This document shows, one piece after another, positions 1 to 8,697 of a DNA stretch of 64,000 nt. Where the stretch lies: positions 17,199-81,198 of the forward strand of contig JADFDJ010000010.1 in the NCBI GenBank assembly GCA_018262895.1. The letters are read 5' to 3'. The notes under the pieces were generated by a model. That model ran no database searches. It saw only the letters and a program-made list of their open reading frames with translations, and was not told the origin of the DNA. The stretch is from Methanomassiliicoccus sp. Its GTDB lineage: Archaea; Thermoplasmatota; Thermoplasmata; Methanomassiliicoccales; Methanomassiliicoccaceae. The translations under genes and the position numbers were made by a program. Positions within the stretch are counted from its first letter, which is position 1. Every line of letters starts with the position of its first letter.

Positions 1-177
1 GCGCTCATGGGAGGTTACATCGCCCAATACCTCGGCTACATGGTAGTGTTCGTGGCCGCATCATGCATCCTGGTGGTGAGCCTGGGTGTGCTTAGCCGCA
101 TCGATGCCGACAACGGGTACTCTGAAGAGCATGCTCCCAAGATACCTGAGCAGGAGCATGGAAGCCCCGCCTCCTGA
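1..177 (+). CDS. 3' end of a membrane protein gene (5' part lies outside the window)
   Basis: Frame 1 is open from the window edge to TGA at 175-177. It encodes a hydrophobic helix (YMVVFVAASCILVVSLGVL) followed by a short polar tail. No family can be assigned. Confidence 0.35.
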   Translation, partial: ALMGGYIAQYLGYMVVFVAASCILVVSLGVLSRIDADNGYSEEHAPKIPEQEHGSPAS

Positions 178-272
178 TCGGGGGGGGGTCCTTTTGGTTG
201 AGCGATACTTGCTGCGACCGAAGAATGTGGCTGGTGGAGAACACCCATCTTAGTGTATTTAGGAGGCTAAGA

Positions 273-1742
273 TCAGTTCCCCTTCTTGTGGGTGGCATAG
301 TAGCCACCTACGACCATGAGGCCGAAGATGGAGCCCCATGCGACGGTCGCAGCCGCTAGGTCCAAGGGCCTCTCCACCGGGGCTTGCGGAAGTCCGATGG
401 TCGAGACCAGGGTGATTATGCCCGCCTCCGCTCCCCTGTATGTCCCCTCAAGGTAGAGGAAGCGGTCGCCCGACCCTGCGGCAACACCTTCCAACCATAG
501 CTTGTTGGGTGCAGCGTAAGTACCCATAACGCTTCCGTTGACGAGGTTCAGGGCAACGATACTGCCGATCTCGTTGGAGTCTATTGGGAACATGTACATG
601 GTCGACTCGGTCACGAGGGCGTTGGAGTAGTAGGTCTCGTTAGTGCTGAGCGAGTGGCTCCAGAGGATATCTCCCTCAGGAGAGAGGGCCAGGGCCCGAG
701 AGGGGACGAGGGAGTTCTCACGGTCGATGCTGCCGTTGGCATCGGCGCCATAGCCGTTGGTGTTAAGGCAGTAGATCGTCCCATTGGACGATATGCTTGA
801 GAGCATCACGTCGCAGTTGTAGAGGACGCTGTGCTCCTCAAAAAGCGAGGTCCTCATGACCACAGTGCCGTTGGCGGCCATGCACCAGATCTCCTGAGGG
901 GTGGACCAGTTGCGATCGTCCGTCTCGTTGTCGAACCTGGCCACGGGCATGAACAGCTCGCCATCATTGCCCACAAGGGAGGGTGAGCCGATGCATGCTC
1001 CCTCCTCCTGCAGGTCGCGCGTCCAAGCCAGAGTGCCATTGGCCTCGATGCCCTGGACCACACCGTGGTAGTTGGTCACGAATATCATGGAATCGAGGAT
1101 GGGACCGACGTACACGTTGCTGATGGTGCTGACCACCTCACGGCTCCACAGCAGCGACCCATGATTATCAATGCAGCACAGGGTGCTGTTCTCGTCATTG
1201 GGGTTTACGCGGTTGTAGACGGGCACCAGCACGTTCCCGCTCGGATGGACCACGGGCTCTCCAAGAACAAGCTCCCAGTGCCCTGGGAACTCCTGGGACA
1301 TGTTGAAGCGCCAACTGATGGCTCCGGTAGTGGAGAACCGGATGAGCTCAGAATCGTAGCTGTCCACCGACCGGGTGGATATGTACACTGCTCCCAAACT
1401 ATCGACCACGGGATCGGTGCACAGGCCGTCGATGGGGACCTGCCATTTCTGAGAGCCGTCCTCGTTCAACGCACGCAATCCCACAGGCCGCTTTATGTCA
1501 TCGGGGTCGAGCTCTGATATCAGCACATATGTCGTCCCGTCAGATGCGAGGACGGGTTCACCGTAGAAGAGGTCATCGATCTTCCATTGGATCCCCGATA
1601 GGTCTCCATCCATCGCATAGGAATGGCTTTGCCCATCCGAGGATCCGAGGCTCGCAAGCTCGTTTGCCTGGACCATGCCCGGAATAAAGAAAAGTAAGGC
1701 CACGAATAGGATGGACAGTAGTCCCCGTGAACCTTGTTCCAA
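273..1742 (-). CDS. secreted/surface-anchored PQQ-like beta-propeller repeat protein
   Basis: 489-aa ORF with a signal-like N-terminus (LLSILFVALLFFIPGMVQA). Blade-like segments recur (DGSQKWQVPIDG, GAISWRF, HGSLLWSREV, NGTLAWTRDL, EGDILWSHSL). C-terminal TM helix (WGSIFGLMVVGGYYA) plus a basic tail. Confidence 0.7.
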   Translation of the reverse strand: MEQGSRGLLSILFVALLFFIPGMVQANELASLGSSDGQSHSYAMDGDLSGIQWKIDDLFYGEPVLASDGTTYVLISELDPDDIKRPVGLRALNEDGSQKWQVPIDGLCTDPVVDSLGAVYISTRSVDSYDSELIRFSTTGAISWRFNMSQEFPGHWELVLGEPVVHPSGNVLVPVYNRVNPNDENSTLCCIDNHGSLLWSREVVSTISNVYVGPILDSMIFVTNYHGVVQGIEANGTLAWTRDLQEEGACIGSPSLVGNDGELFMPVARFDNETDDRNWSTPQEIWCMAANGTVVMRTSLFEEHSVLYNCDVMLSSISSNGTIYCLNTNGYGADANGSIDRENSLVPSRALALSPEGDILWSHSLSTNETYYSNALVTESTMYMFPIDSNEIGSIVALNLVNGSVMGTYAAPNKLWLEGVAAGSGDRFLYLEGTYRGAEAGIITLVSTIGLPQAPVERPLDLAAATVAWGSIFGLMVVGGYYATHKKGN

Positions 1743-1985
1743 CGTTCTCCCCTGGGCTCAGGAGTCCGGTAAACCATTTATTAACTATCCGTCCTAATAG
1801 TCAAAATTGATATTGAGAATCGGGCGAAAAACAATGCTGGCCAGCGCTAGTGAGGGGGCGTTCATCAACAATGCCGATTGGTTACTATTCACCTAGGGGT
1901 AGAACAACAAGGCCATGCTGATGAACGGCTATTTCGTACAGGTGGTGGCCGTTATGCTCCAGGAGAGCTAGAGGGGATGTATTGG

Positions 1986-2550
1986 ATGAACTCTTTTTTT
2001 TATCCAACCCAACAGGAGGCATGAGGAGGCAGCCTTTGCTTATGTAAGGGAACATCTTGACGATGGAGAGCGGGGGATTCATGACAGTTCTCTGCTGGAT
2101 AATGCCAATAGTTACGAGGCCTGGTTGGACCTTTTGAAAAAGGATTCGGATCCGATGACCGTCGCACCTGACTGGGTGACCGCGACCGCGTTCTTCGCGG
2201 TCCACGAGAGGGATGAGCTCATCATCGGCATGGTCTCGATAAGACAAGTACTGAACATTTTTCTACGGGACGTCGACGATATCATCGGCTTCGGGGTAAG
2301 GCCATCGGAACGCGGAAAAGGGCATAGTTCTCAGATGCTCAGTATAGCCTTGGACCATTGTAGGGATATTGGGCTGGACCGGGTCATGCTGGCCTGCCTC
2401 AAGGAGAACGAGGCGCCCAGAAGGACCATCATCGGTCGCGGGGGCGGCCTGGACGTGAAATTATCTGGGAGAGGAGGATCGTACAGAAATACTGGAAATT
2501 ATTATGATGGTTCCCATCCACCAGGGGTTAGGCCCAGAGATGGTACATAA
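1986..2550 (+). pseudogene. GNAT-family N-acetyltransferase disrupted by two frameshifts (or two sequencing errors)
   Basis: The core (IIGFGVRPSERGKGHSSQMLSIALDHCRDIGLDRVMLACLKENEA) is GNAT-like. ATG at 1986 (MNSFF) is out of frame with the body; removing one T from the T8 run at 1994-2001 joins it to IQPNRRHEEAAFAYVREH. After GGGLD (~2455) the family-typical tail EIIWERRIVQKYWKLL* continues in another frame and stops at 2505-2507. Confidence 0.5.
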
Positions 2551-2584
2551 TGCAATTGGCTTGGGTGGAAGAGCTCTTTCTGCT

Positions 2585-2689
2585 CTTGATGCTTTCATCT
2601 AATGTGGTCCTCTTTGACCGGCATAGGGAACGGCATCATAGGGGCCATTCAGGGCTTGATGCTTTCATCTAATGTGGTCCTCTTTGACC
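2585..2689. repeat. two identical 35-bp direct repeats separated by a 35-bp unique spacer (CRISPR-like geometry, only 2 units)
   Basis: CTTGATGCTTTCATCTAATGTGGTCCTCTTTGACC occurs at 2585-2619 and again at 2655-2689 (35/35 identical). The spacer at 2620-2654 is unique. Each unit holds two 4-bp mini-palindromes (GATG-CTTT-CATC and GGTC-CTCTTT-GACC). No third copy and no cas genes in the window. Confidence 0.6.
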
Positions 2690-2756
2690 TCTTCATTGCG
2701 GGGAAAGCATCCTCTTGGCATACTCATTCCTATGGGCCTATCGTCGTATTCATTGC

Positions 2757-3683
2757 TTAGCGCCGGTCAAAGTGGTTGCTCACATATTCCAGCATTTCCC
2801 TACCAATAAGCTCCACGGAGGATGCCCCCGACCTCACATAGAACTCCTCCTTCGGTCCGTTTTTCAGGAAGGTTGGAGAATGGGCCTTGAGGCATCTCAC
2901 CTCCAGAACAACCTTCTCGCCTGATTTGGTTAGGCGGCTTTCAACGTAGGGAAGGATCTCCTTACCTAGAGCCTCACCGATGAGGTTTGTGAAGTGAAGG
3001 TAGAACTTGTCGATGCTATCAAAATGCTGGGCATCGACCCCTAGGACCGAGCCGTCATCCTTTACTCCGACCAGAAGGTTGCCCCCATCGGAGTTGAGGA
3101 AGGCGGCGAGGGTCTTCAGCACCGCATGTTCCATCCTCTTGTCAGGCTCTCCTGTCTTCATATTGGTCCTCAAAGAAGACTTGAACTCCAGCCTCTCCCC
3201 CTCCCCCTTCGATATGAGAACTCGCAGCTGCTCTCCACTATCCTGTCTGGACAAATGCTGCAGGGTACTGGCAGGAGCACTCCTCATAAATCGATGGAAA
3301 AGGGAAGGCCGTGGATTCTCCATATAGGCCAGGGCAGACAGCGCCACAGCTCCGGCTCCCACCGCCGTGGCCATAAGGTCGGTCATGGTCTCGTTCGAAC
3401 CACTCTGCAGGCTCCACGGGAAAAAGAAATCGAGAACGAACTCCAGGATCTCCCAGAGGGCTCCAAGAGCAAGTCCGGTGACGAAGGCGAAGATGGCCAA
3501 TAAGATAGGTGCGATGTTGCCCGCCTCCATCTCTCCACGGAGCAGGGCATAGACGATAAGGAAACCGATCCCTCCGACCATTGCGCCCGCAACCAGCTGA
3601 GATATTGCGGTCCACAAGCCCCCCAGCCCCAGGATGGCGAACAGTGATCCGCTCACCAAGGAGACGTACGCCAACGTGAGCAC
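2757..3683 (-). CDS. membrane-anchored AlbA_2 (Schlafen-type divergent AAA / putative DNA-binding) domain protein
   Basis: The N-terminal ~130 aa contain about 4 hydrophobic helices. The C-terminal part (GEGERLEFKSSL...EHAVLKTLAAFLNSDGGNLLVGVKDDGSVLGV...FYVRSGASS) matches my recollection of the AlbA_2 domain. The start is a GTG, so it is uncertain. Confidence 0.6.
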   Translation of the reverse strand: MLTLAYVSLVSGSLFAILGLGGLWTAISQLVAGAMVGGIGFLIVYALLRGEMEAGNIAPILLAIFAFVTGLALGALWEILEFVLDFFFPWSLQSGSNETMTDLMATAVGAGAVALSALAYMENPRPSLFHRFMRSAPASTLQHLSRQDSGEQLRVLISKGEGERLEFKSSLRTNMKTGEPDKRMEHAVLKTLAAFLNSDGGNLLVGVKDDGSVLGVDAQHFDSIDKFYLHFTNLIGEALGKEILPYVESRLTKSGEKVVLEVRCLKAHSPTFLKNGPKEEFYVRSGASSVELIGREMLEYVSNHFDRR

Positions 3684-3710
3684 GAATAGGTTGTAGATCG
3701 TGGGAAACTC

Positions 3711-3938
3711 TCAGCGGGTGCGGCCAGCAACCATTCGGGGGAGAAGCAGCATGAACCCTGCCAGGCAGCTTAACACAAAAACCATAAGATCGTTCATCAC
3801 CGCAGCCAATAGCGCGGCGAGAGCGGTCGCGATTAGCACCACCACACTGACTGCTCTTTTTACACCCTGATCCGGATCCCTATCGTTCACGGATAGAGAA
3901 CCGTCAATTGGTTTATGCAGATATCTGAGGGCTTTCAA
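3711..3938 (-). CDS. small hypothetical membrane protein
   Basis: 75-aa ORF with a TTG start and two hydrophobic helices (VVVLIATALAALLAAVM, VFVLSCLAGFMLLL). It lies 27 nt upstream of the AlbA_2 gene on the same strand. No homology recognised. Confidence 0.3.
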   Translation of the reverse strand: MKALRYLHKPIDGSLSVNDRDPDQGVKRAVSVVVLIATALAALLAAVMNDLMVFVLSCLAGFMLLLPRMVAGRTR

Positions 3939-4310
3939 TAAAAATCGAGGCGGGTTCGTACCATTATTCTCAGTTTTTTAAGCATTGATCTACTTCTCAT
4001 TTGATAAAATGAGCTGAAGGCCCCTCCAGAACCTCATAACGACCTTTTTTTTTCTCAACTCAGCATAATGGGACACAAGGGGATCGAGGTCCATCGGAAT
4101 TAATGGAAAATAAGGGCAGGAGGGGACTTGGACCCATGATTCTCTTGGGTTGAGGGCATCAACAGGCTGGCTTCATCGAATATTCCACACCGGGGATGCA
4201 AGGCGCGAACAGATCGCTAAACTAAGCGGCCGGAAAGCGGGCTAAATAAGTGGCATGTTGAAAAAAATTATTAGTGGCCATGGCAGATTTTCGATGACTA
4301 AATGAGGGAG

Positions 4311-5048
4311 CTAACCGGTTGCCCCTCGCCCGAGGTTGAACTTGCTGATGACGGTCTTGCCATCACGTAAGACCTCTTGCAACTGAGTGACCATGAGGTC
4401 CGCATCCTCGATCGGTATATCGTTCAAGGAACATATCACCTTGAGGATGGACCTAAGTGCGACCTCAAAGCCGCGCGGCTGGCCATGATGGCACTCGGAT
4501 ATTAGGGCACCGAGGCACCCCCAGATCAGGATGTTGTTGAGCCTGTAGCTCTCCTTCTCCTCGTCCGAGCTGAAGCCGTTCAGGCGGCTCTCCATCCAAT
4601 CCATCGATCGATCCACCAAACCGTTCATGACCTTCCAGGAGGAGTGCGCCTCGAACAATAGCTCCGAGGCCTGAGGCTCCTCGTACGCAGCATATAGCTC
4701 CAGAGCTGCGGGATAGCCGACTGTGATGATGATTTCCTTCTTGCCCTTGAGGTGCTTCTCCGCTTCCTCCAGCGCCTCGGTGTAGATGCTTATCATCACG
4801 CCCTCTAGGATATCCTCCTTGGTAGGAAAGAGGTGGAACAGGCTACCGTTCAGAATGCCCGCGGCCTCCGCTATCTGGCGGGTCGTGGTCTTATCGTAAC
4901 CTCTAACTGCGAAGAGCTTCTTTGATGCGCTGATCACCTTCTCGGTGGTCTCGTACCTGCGCTGCTCGTTGAGACCGATGAGGCCCCCCTTTCTTTTCTC
5001 CTCGCGAACTTTGGTCACGATCGACTTGATCTTTTTTCCCATAGCCAA
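4311..5048 (-). CDS. TetR/AcrR-family transcriptional regulator
   Basis: The HTH region (SASKKLFAVRGYDKTTTRQIAEAAGILNGSLFHLFPTKEDIL) is typical of TetR_N. The gene is divergent from an MMPL transporter gene. Confidence 0.85.
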   Translation of the reverse strand: MAMGKKIKSIVTKVREEKRKGGLIGLNEQRRYETTEKVISASKKLFAVRGYDKTTTRQIAEAAGILNGSLFHLFPTKEDILEGVMISIYTEALEEAEKHLKGKKEIIITVGYPAALELYAAYEEPQASELLFEAHSSWKVMNGLVDRSMDWMESRLNGFSSDEEKESYRLNNILIWGCLGALISECHHGQPRGFEVALRSILKVICSLNDIPIEDADLMVTQLQEVLRDGKTVISKFNLGRGATG

Positions 5049-5116
5049 TTGCTCTCCATACCAAGACGAGTATATTCAACCCGTGGTTGGACGCTTCTAC
5101 GATTAGAGATAGCACT

Positions 5117-5155
5117 TCAAATATTTGAGCATACTCTAAGTTTGAGCTTACTCAA
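5117..5155. promoter_or_regulatory. candidate TetR operator pair in the divergent TetR/MMPL intergenic region
   Basis: Perfect 12-bp palindrome TCAAATATTTGA at 5117-5128. Second palindrome TTGAG-CTTA-CTCAA at 5142-5155. Both share the TTTGAGC half-site 17 bp apart and lie just upstream of an AT-rich box (AAAATATATATAC, ~5157-5169) preceding the MMPL start. Confidence 0.4.
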
Positions 5156-5209
5156 GAAAATATATATACGGGCTCGTAGGTCACCCCCTTCTAGACTCCA
5201 GGTGTTAGA

Positions 5210-8161
5210 ATGTTGGATAGGTTGGCTAATGCGATCATCAAGCACTCTAAGGCCATCGTAGCCATCTGGATAATAGTCCTTTTAGTATCCATTCCAGCGC
5301 TGATGCAGGTCACCAGCGTCGTGAACTACCAGATCACTGAAGGGGCGTCGGTCGACTACGAGTCCTTGCAAGCAGAAGACCTCATTGATAAGAACTTCAA
5401 TACCTCCGTTGCCAATGGCACGATAGTAGTCGTGCTCCAGTCGGACAATGTGACGAGCGCAGAGCTACATGATTTCGTAATCGAGCTCGAGGAGCGCGTA
5501 AGGGGCTCCTCTTACCTTACATATCTGGACAATGTCACCTCCGTCTACTCTGTCTCGGAAATGGTCGTAGCAGCTTATGTTGAGCAGCTGGGCCCGAGCA
5601 TGTATAAGGCGGAGGAACAGGTCAACACCAGCGCGTTCCTGCTCTACGGCATACCGTACATCTATGAGCAGAACTGGGTGTATGTCCATGCGGCTCACCC
5701 CAGCCTCACCGTGGCCCAGACCGACGCGGCGACTTTCACGGCTGCCAGCGACTATCTGGACCAGTACCTGGCCTCGGCCGATGCGTCCACCAAGGCCATG
5801 GCCTACAGCTACTTCTACGGGTTCACGGACGTGTGGAACGCCACCGCGGCCTCCCCGACATTGACCGCAGACCCTATGGCGCGCGGCAACTACTCCATAA
5901 ACACCGTCGCACCGGTCTTCATCTCCCAGCTTCCGTCCGAGTACCAATCGGTCATGACCGCTGTGCTAGGTACGTTCAACACCGCCATGTTCTCGAACCA
6001 GACGGTGGTGGGGGCGACCGTTCACGGGTTCGCCCTGGATTTGGTCGGTCAGATGGCCGGTGTCGCCAACATGACCTTCCTCCAGGAGATCTATGACCTG
6101 GGGCCGAGCTACGACTCAACCTCCGTTGACGCCTACGCTCACTCTGTCGTTAACAATGGCACCCTGGACACATATCCCGTCCAGGTCCCGGCCATCTACC
6201 TCTCCAGACTGGTGGCGTCCAACAACCATACGATGCTTTTCATGATCACGTTCACGGTCGACGCATCCTACACGAAGGACGATGGGGACAAGCCACTGTT
6301 AGATGATGTAGCAACAATCCGTAGCATCATCTCCGACATCAAGGCGGAAAAGGGCATATCTATCACCTCCTACGTCACTGGTGATGCGGCCATCTCTGCC
6401 GACATGGAGTCCGGCTCAAAGAGCGACCTGGCCATAATCGAGCCGCTGACCATCATAATCATCATTGTCCTGATGGGCATACTGTTCCGCTCCGTTGTGG
6501 CGCAGTTCCTTCCGTTAGGCGCTGTAGGCGTGGCACTGGGTATAAGCGAGGCGGTGGTGTTCCTGATCGGCACGTTCGTCTCCAACGTACTGTACTTCGT
6601 GCTAACTCTCCTGATCGTGGTCCTTCTAGGTGTGGGTACCGACTACTCCATATTCCTTATGACCCGGTTCAAGGAGGAGCGGATCAAGGGAGCTACCATA
6701 GAGGAGGCGACTCGCACTACGGTTAGCTGGGCAGGTGAGTCCATCATCACATCGGGGGCGACGGTCATAATCGCGTTCCTGGCGATGTCGACCGCCTCTT
6801 ATGCCATGGTGCAGACGATGGGGCTCATACTTGGAGTATCAATCGTCATAGCGCTGTTAGTGGCACTGACCCTCGTGCCCTCCCTGCTCATGCTCTTCGG
6901 CGACCATATCTTCTGGCCTAACACCGGCAACCGGTGGAAGAGGTATTGCGATAAGGTCAACCAGAAGAAGGCGGCGGGCAAGCGCGGTTACTTCCACAAG
7001 GCGGCAACGTTCGCAGCGGAGCATGCGGGTGTCGTCATGGCAGCAGCGATCATCGTTTCGATACCGGCCGTCTATGTCTATGCGACCGCCACGACCAGCT
7101 TCGACTTCATCGGCAGCATGGGCTCGACCGAGAGCACGGATGGTCTCAACGCCATGTCCGACGACTTCGGTGCTGGCCAGATATCGCCCACCTATGTCGT
7201 TCTGGACTCGTCGGATGTAATCATCTACGACGGGAGCTCGCTGAACATGGAGTACATGGATGCGATCGAGAACCTGACGGCGACGGTTGTGTCCAGCTCA
7301 GAGGTGCAGACTGTCACCAGCCCGACAAGGCCCTATGGCGAGCTGGTGGACTATCACAACTTCACAAGCCTTTCGACCGATTTGCAGGCAAAGATCCTTT
7401 CGATGATCGGCACCGATAACCAGACGGCTCTCATAACCGTGACTCTGGTCGATGAGCCCATGAGCTCCACGTCGGTCAACCTGATACCGACCCTGAGGAC
7501 CGAGCTGCGCAACGAGGTGAGGAACGAATCCATCCTATCCGGGACGGACATCCTTGTAGGCGGTGAGAGCGCTATTGTTAGCGACATCAGCGTCGATATG
7601 AACCACCAGTTCACGTACATTGAGGTCCTGGTCGTCATCGGCATCTTCATCGTGCTGATGATCGTCCTAGGCTCCCTGCTGCTGCCAGCTTTCGCGATCT
7701 TTTCGATAGCCATGAGCATCGCGTGGTCCTTCGCCGCCACCTACCTTGTCTTCGGCGTGTGGCTGGACGCACCTCTTCTGTTCCTTGTGCCCCTGATCCT
7801 GTTCGTCATGCTCATGGGCATAGGGATGGACTACAACGTGTTCATCCTGACCAGGGTTCGTGAAGAGTCTCACAAGGGCAAGGACGCCAAGCAGGCCGTC
7901 GTGGACGCTGTGGAGGCTACCGGTGGCATCATTACCGCGCTCGCGCTCATAATGGGCGGAGCTTTCGGCTCCCTGATGTTCTCCGGGAACACCATGCTCC
8001 AGGAGTTCGGGTTCGCCCTTGCCTTCGCCGTTCTATGCGACGCCATGATCGTAAGGACATACGTTGTGCCTGCGGCCATGGCGCTGATGGGAGAGAAGGC
8101 CTGGTGGGCCCCTAGCAAGCTGCAACCCGTGAGCAGACGGGAGAAGCTGGAGAAAAAGTGA
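5210..8161 (+). CDS. MMPL/RND-superfamily membrane transporter
   Basis: 983 aa with two repeated 6-TM bundles, each carrying the MMPL signature (GVGTDYSIFLMTRFKEE and GIGMDYNVFILTRVREE), separated by large extracytoplasmic domains. Confidence 0.85.
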   Translation: MLDRLANAIIKHSKAIVAIWIIVLLVSIPALMQVTSVVNYQITEGASVDYESLQAEDLIDKNFNTSVANGTIVVVLQSDNVTSAELHDFVIELEERVRGSSYLTYLDNVTSVYSVSEMVVAAYVEQLGPSMYKAEEQVNTSAFLLYGIPYIYEQNWVYVHAAHPSLTVAQTDAATFTAASDYLDQYLASADASTKAMAYSYFYGFTDVWNATAASPTLTADPMARGNYSINTVAPVFISQLPSEYQSVMTAVLGTFNTAMFSNQTVVGATVHGFALDLVGQMAGVANMTFLQEIYDLGPSYDSTSVDAYAHSVVNNGTLDTYPVQVPAIYLSRLVASNNHTMLFMITFTVDASYTKDDGDKPLLDDVATIRSIISDIKAEKGISITSYVTGDAAISADMESGSKSDLAIIEPLTIIIIIVLMGILFRSVVAQFLPLGAVGVALGISEAVVFLIGTFVSNVLYFVLTLLIVVLLGVGTDYSIFLMTRFKEERIKGATIEEATRTTVSWAGESIITSGATVIIAFLAMSTASYAMVQTMGLILGVSIVIALLVALTLVPSLLMLFGDHIFWPNTGNRWKRYCDKVNQKKAAGKRGYFHKAATFAAEHAGVVMAAAIIVSIPAVYVYATATTSFDFIGSMGSTESTDGLNAMSDDFGAGQISPTYVVLDSSDVIIYDGSSLNMEYMDAIENLTATVVSSSEVQTVTSPTRPYGELVDYHNFTSLSTDLQAKILSMIGTDNQTALITVTLVDEPMSSTSVNLIPTLRTELRNEVRNESILSGTDILVGGESAIVSDISVDMNHQFTYIEVLVVIGIFIVLMIVLGSLLLPAFAIFSIAMSIAWSFAATYLVFGVWLDAPLLFLVPLILFVMLMGIGMDYNVFILTRVREESHKGKDAKQAVVDAVEATGGIITALALIMGGAFGSLMFSGNTMLQEFGFALAFAVLCDAMIVRTYVVPAAMALMGEKAWWAPSKLQPVSRREKLEKK

Positions 8162-8187
8162 GTAACGATGAACGGGTACACTCCCCC

Positions 8188-8227
8188 AGAAGGTGCGGCG
8201 TTAGAGGCCGCACCTTCTAATTTTTTT
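8188..8227 (+). terminator. hairpin plus oligo-T terminator after the MMPL gene
   Basis: AGAAGGTGCGGC (8188-8199), loop GTTAGAG, then GCCGCACCTTCT (8207-8218): a perfect 12-bp stem. It is followed by AATTTTTTT (8219-8227), 27 nt after the stop codon. Confidence 0.6.
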
Positions 8228-8455
8228 CTTAGCGCCGATCAAGGGTGATTGAACGCCTCCTTTTATGTGTTGTAGGAAGTGAGAATTGATGGTCGATGCG
8301 TGATTCTCTTCTAACCCGCTCCATCCTCCCCTATGATTGATTCTCTCGAATCCCCCTTATCTCCCTGAAATACCTGCTGGCACCTGATGGTCCAGGGACT
8401 GTTCTGCCCTGAGCATTCATCAGATGCAACGCGTAATTCTTAGATCAAAAATAAG

Positions 8456-8539
8456 TGCAGGGGAAGGGATTTGAACCCCCGAACCACTAAGGATAAGACC
8501 CTGAATCTTACGCCGTTGGCCAAGCTTGGCTACCCCTGC
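8456..8539 (-). tRNA. tRNA-Leu (anticodon CAG), class II with long variable arm
   Basis: The reverse complement reads GCAGGGGTAGCCAAGCTTGGCCAACGGCGTAAGATTCAGGGTCTTATCCTTAGTGGTTCGGGGGTTCAAATCCCTTCCCCTGCA. The acceptor stem GCAGGGG/CCCCTGC pairs. The anticodon stem is TAAGA/TCTTA with loop TTCAGGG. T-arm is GGGGGTTCAAATCCCTT. Confidence 0.9.
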
Positions 8540-8563
8540 TTGTAGCCCTCCTTATAATGGCTT

Positions 8564-8576
8564 GGAATATAAATCT
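8564..8576 (-). promoter_or_regulatory. TATA-box-like element for tRNA-Leu
   Basis: ATTTATATT (reverse complement of 8566-8574) is centred about 30 nt upstream of the tRNA 5' end at 8539, the canonical archaeal spacing. Confidence 0.4.
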
Positions 8577-8697
8577 TATGATTCGTGGCCACCCAGGAAG
8601 GGTGCTCAAAGGGGCTTGTGAGAGACCTGCCAGATATCTCAGGAAAAAGAATGGAACGATTATATCCCCCCTCGATATTGTGTCATCCGGTGAGGGG

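Noticed and set aside
1834-1989. Short frame with three in-frame TAG codons upstream of the GNAT gene. I considered pyrrolysine/amber read-through because the lineage might decode UAG.
   Set aside because: The peptide has no similarity to anything I recognise. The region is intergenic and AT-richer. There is no methyltransferase context. Most likely chance.
3940-4310. 370-bp AT-rich non-coding gap, considered as a possible structured RNA (SRP RNA or RNase P RNA).
   Set aside because: No conserved SRP or RNase P motifs were recognised. It is more simply explained as promoter/terminator space flanking an accessory islet.
8557-8697. N-terminal 47-codon extension of ppk1 in the track ORF.
   Set aside because: It would start 18 nt from the tRNA-Leu 5' end, inside its TATA-box region. 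It is not PPK-like. ATG at 8698 has a good ribosome-binding site.
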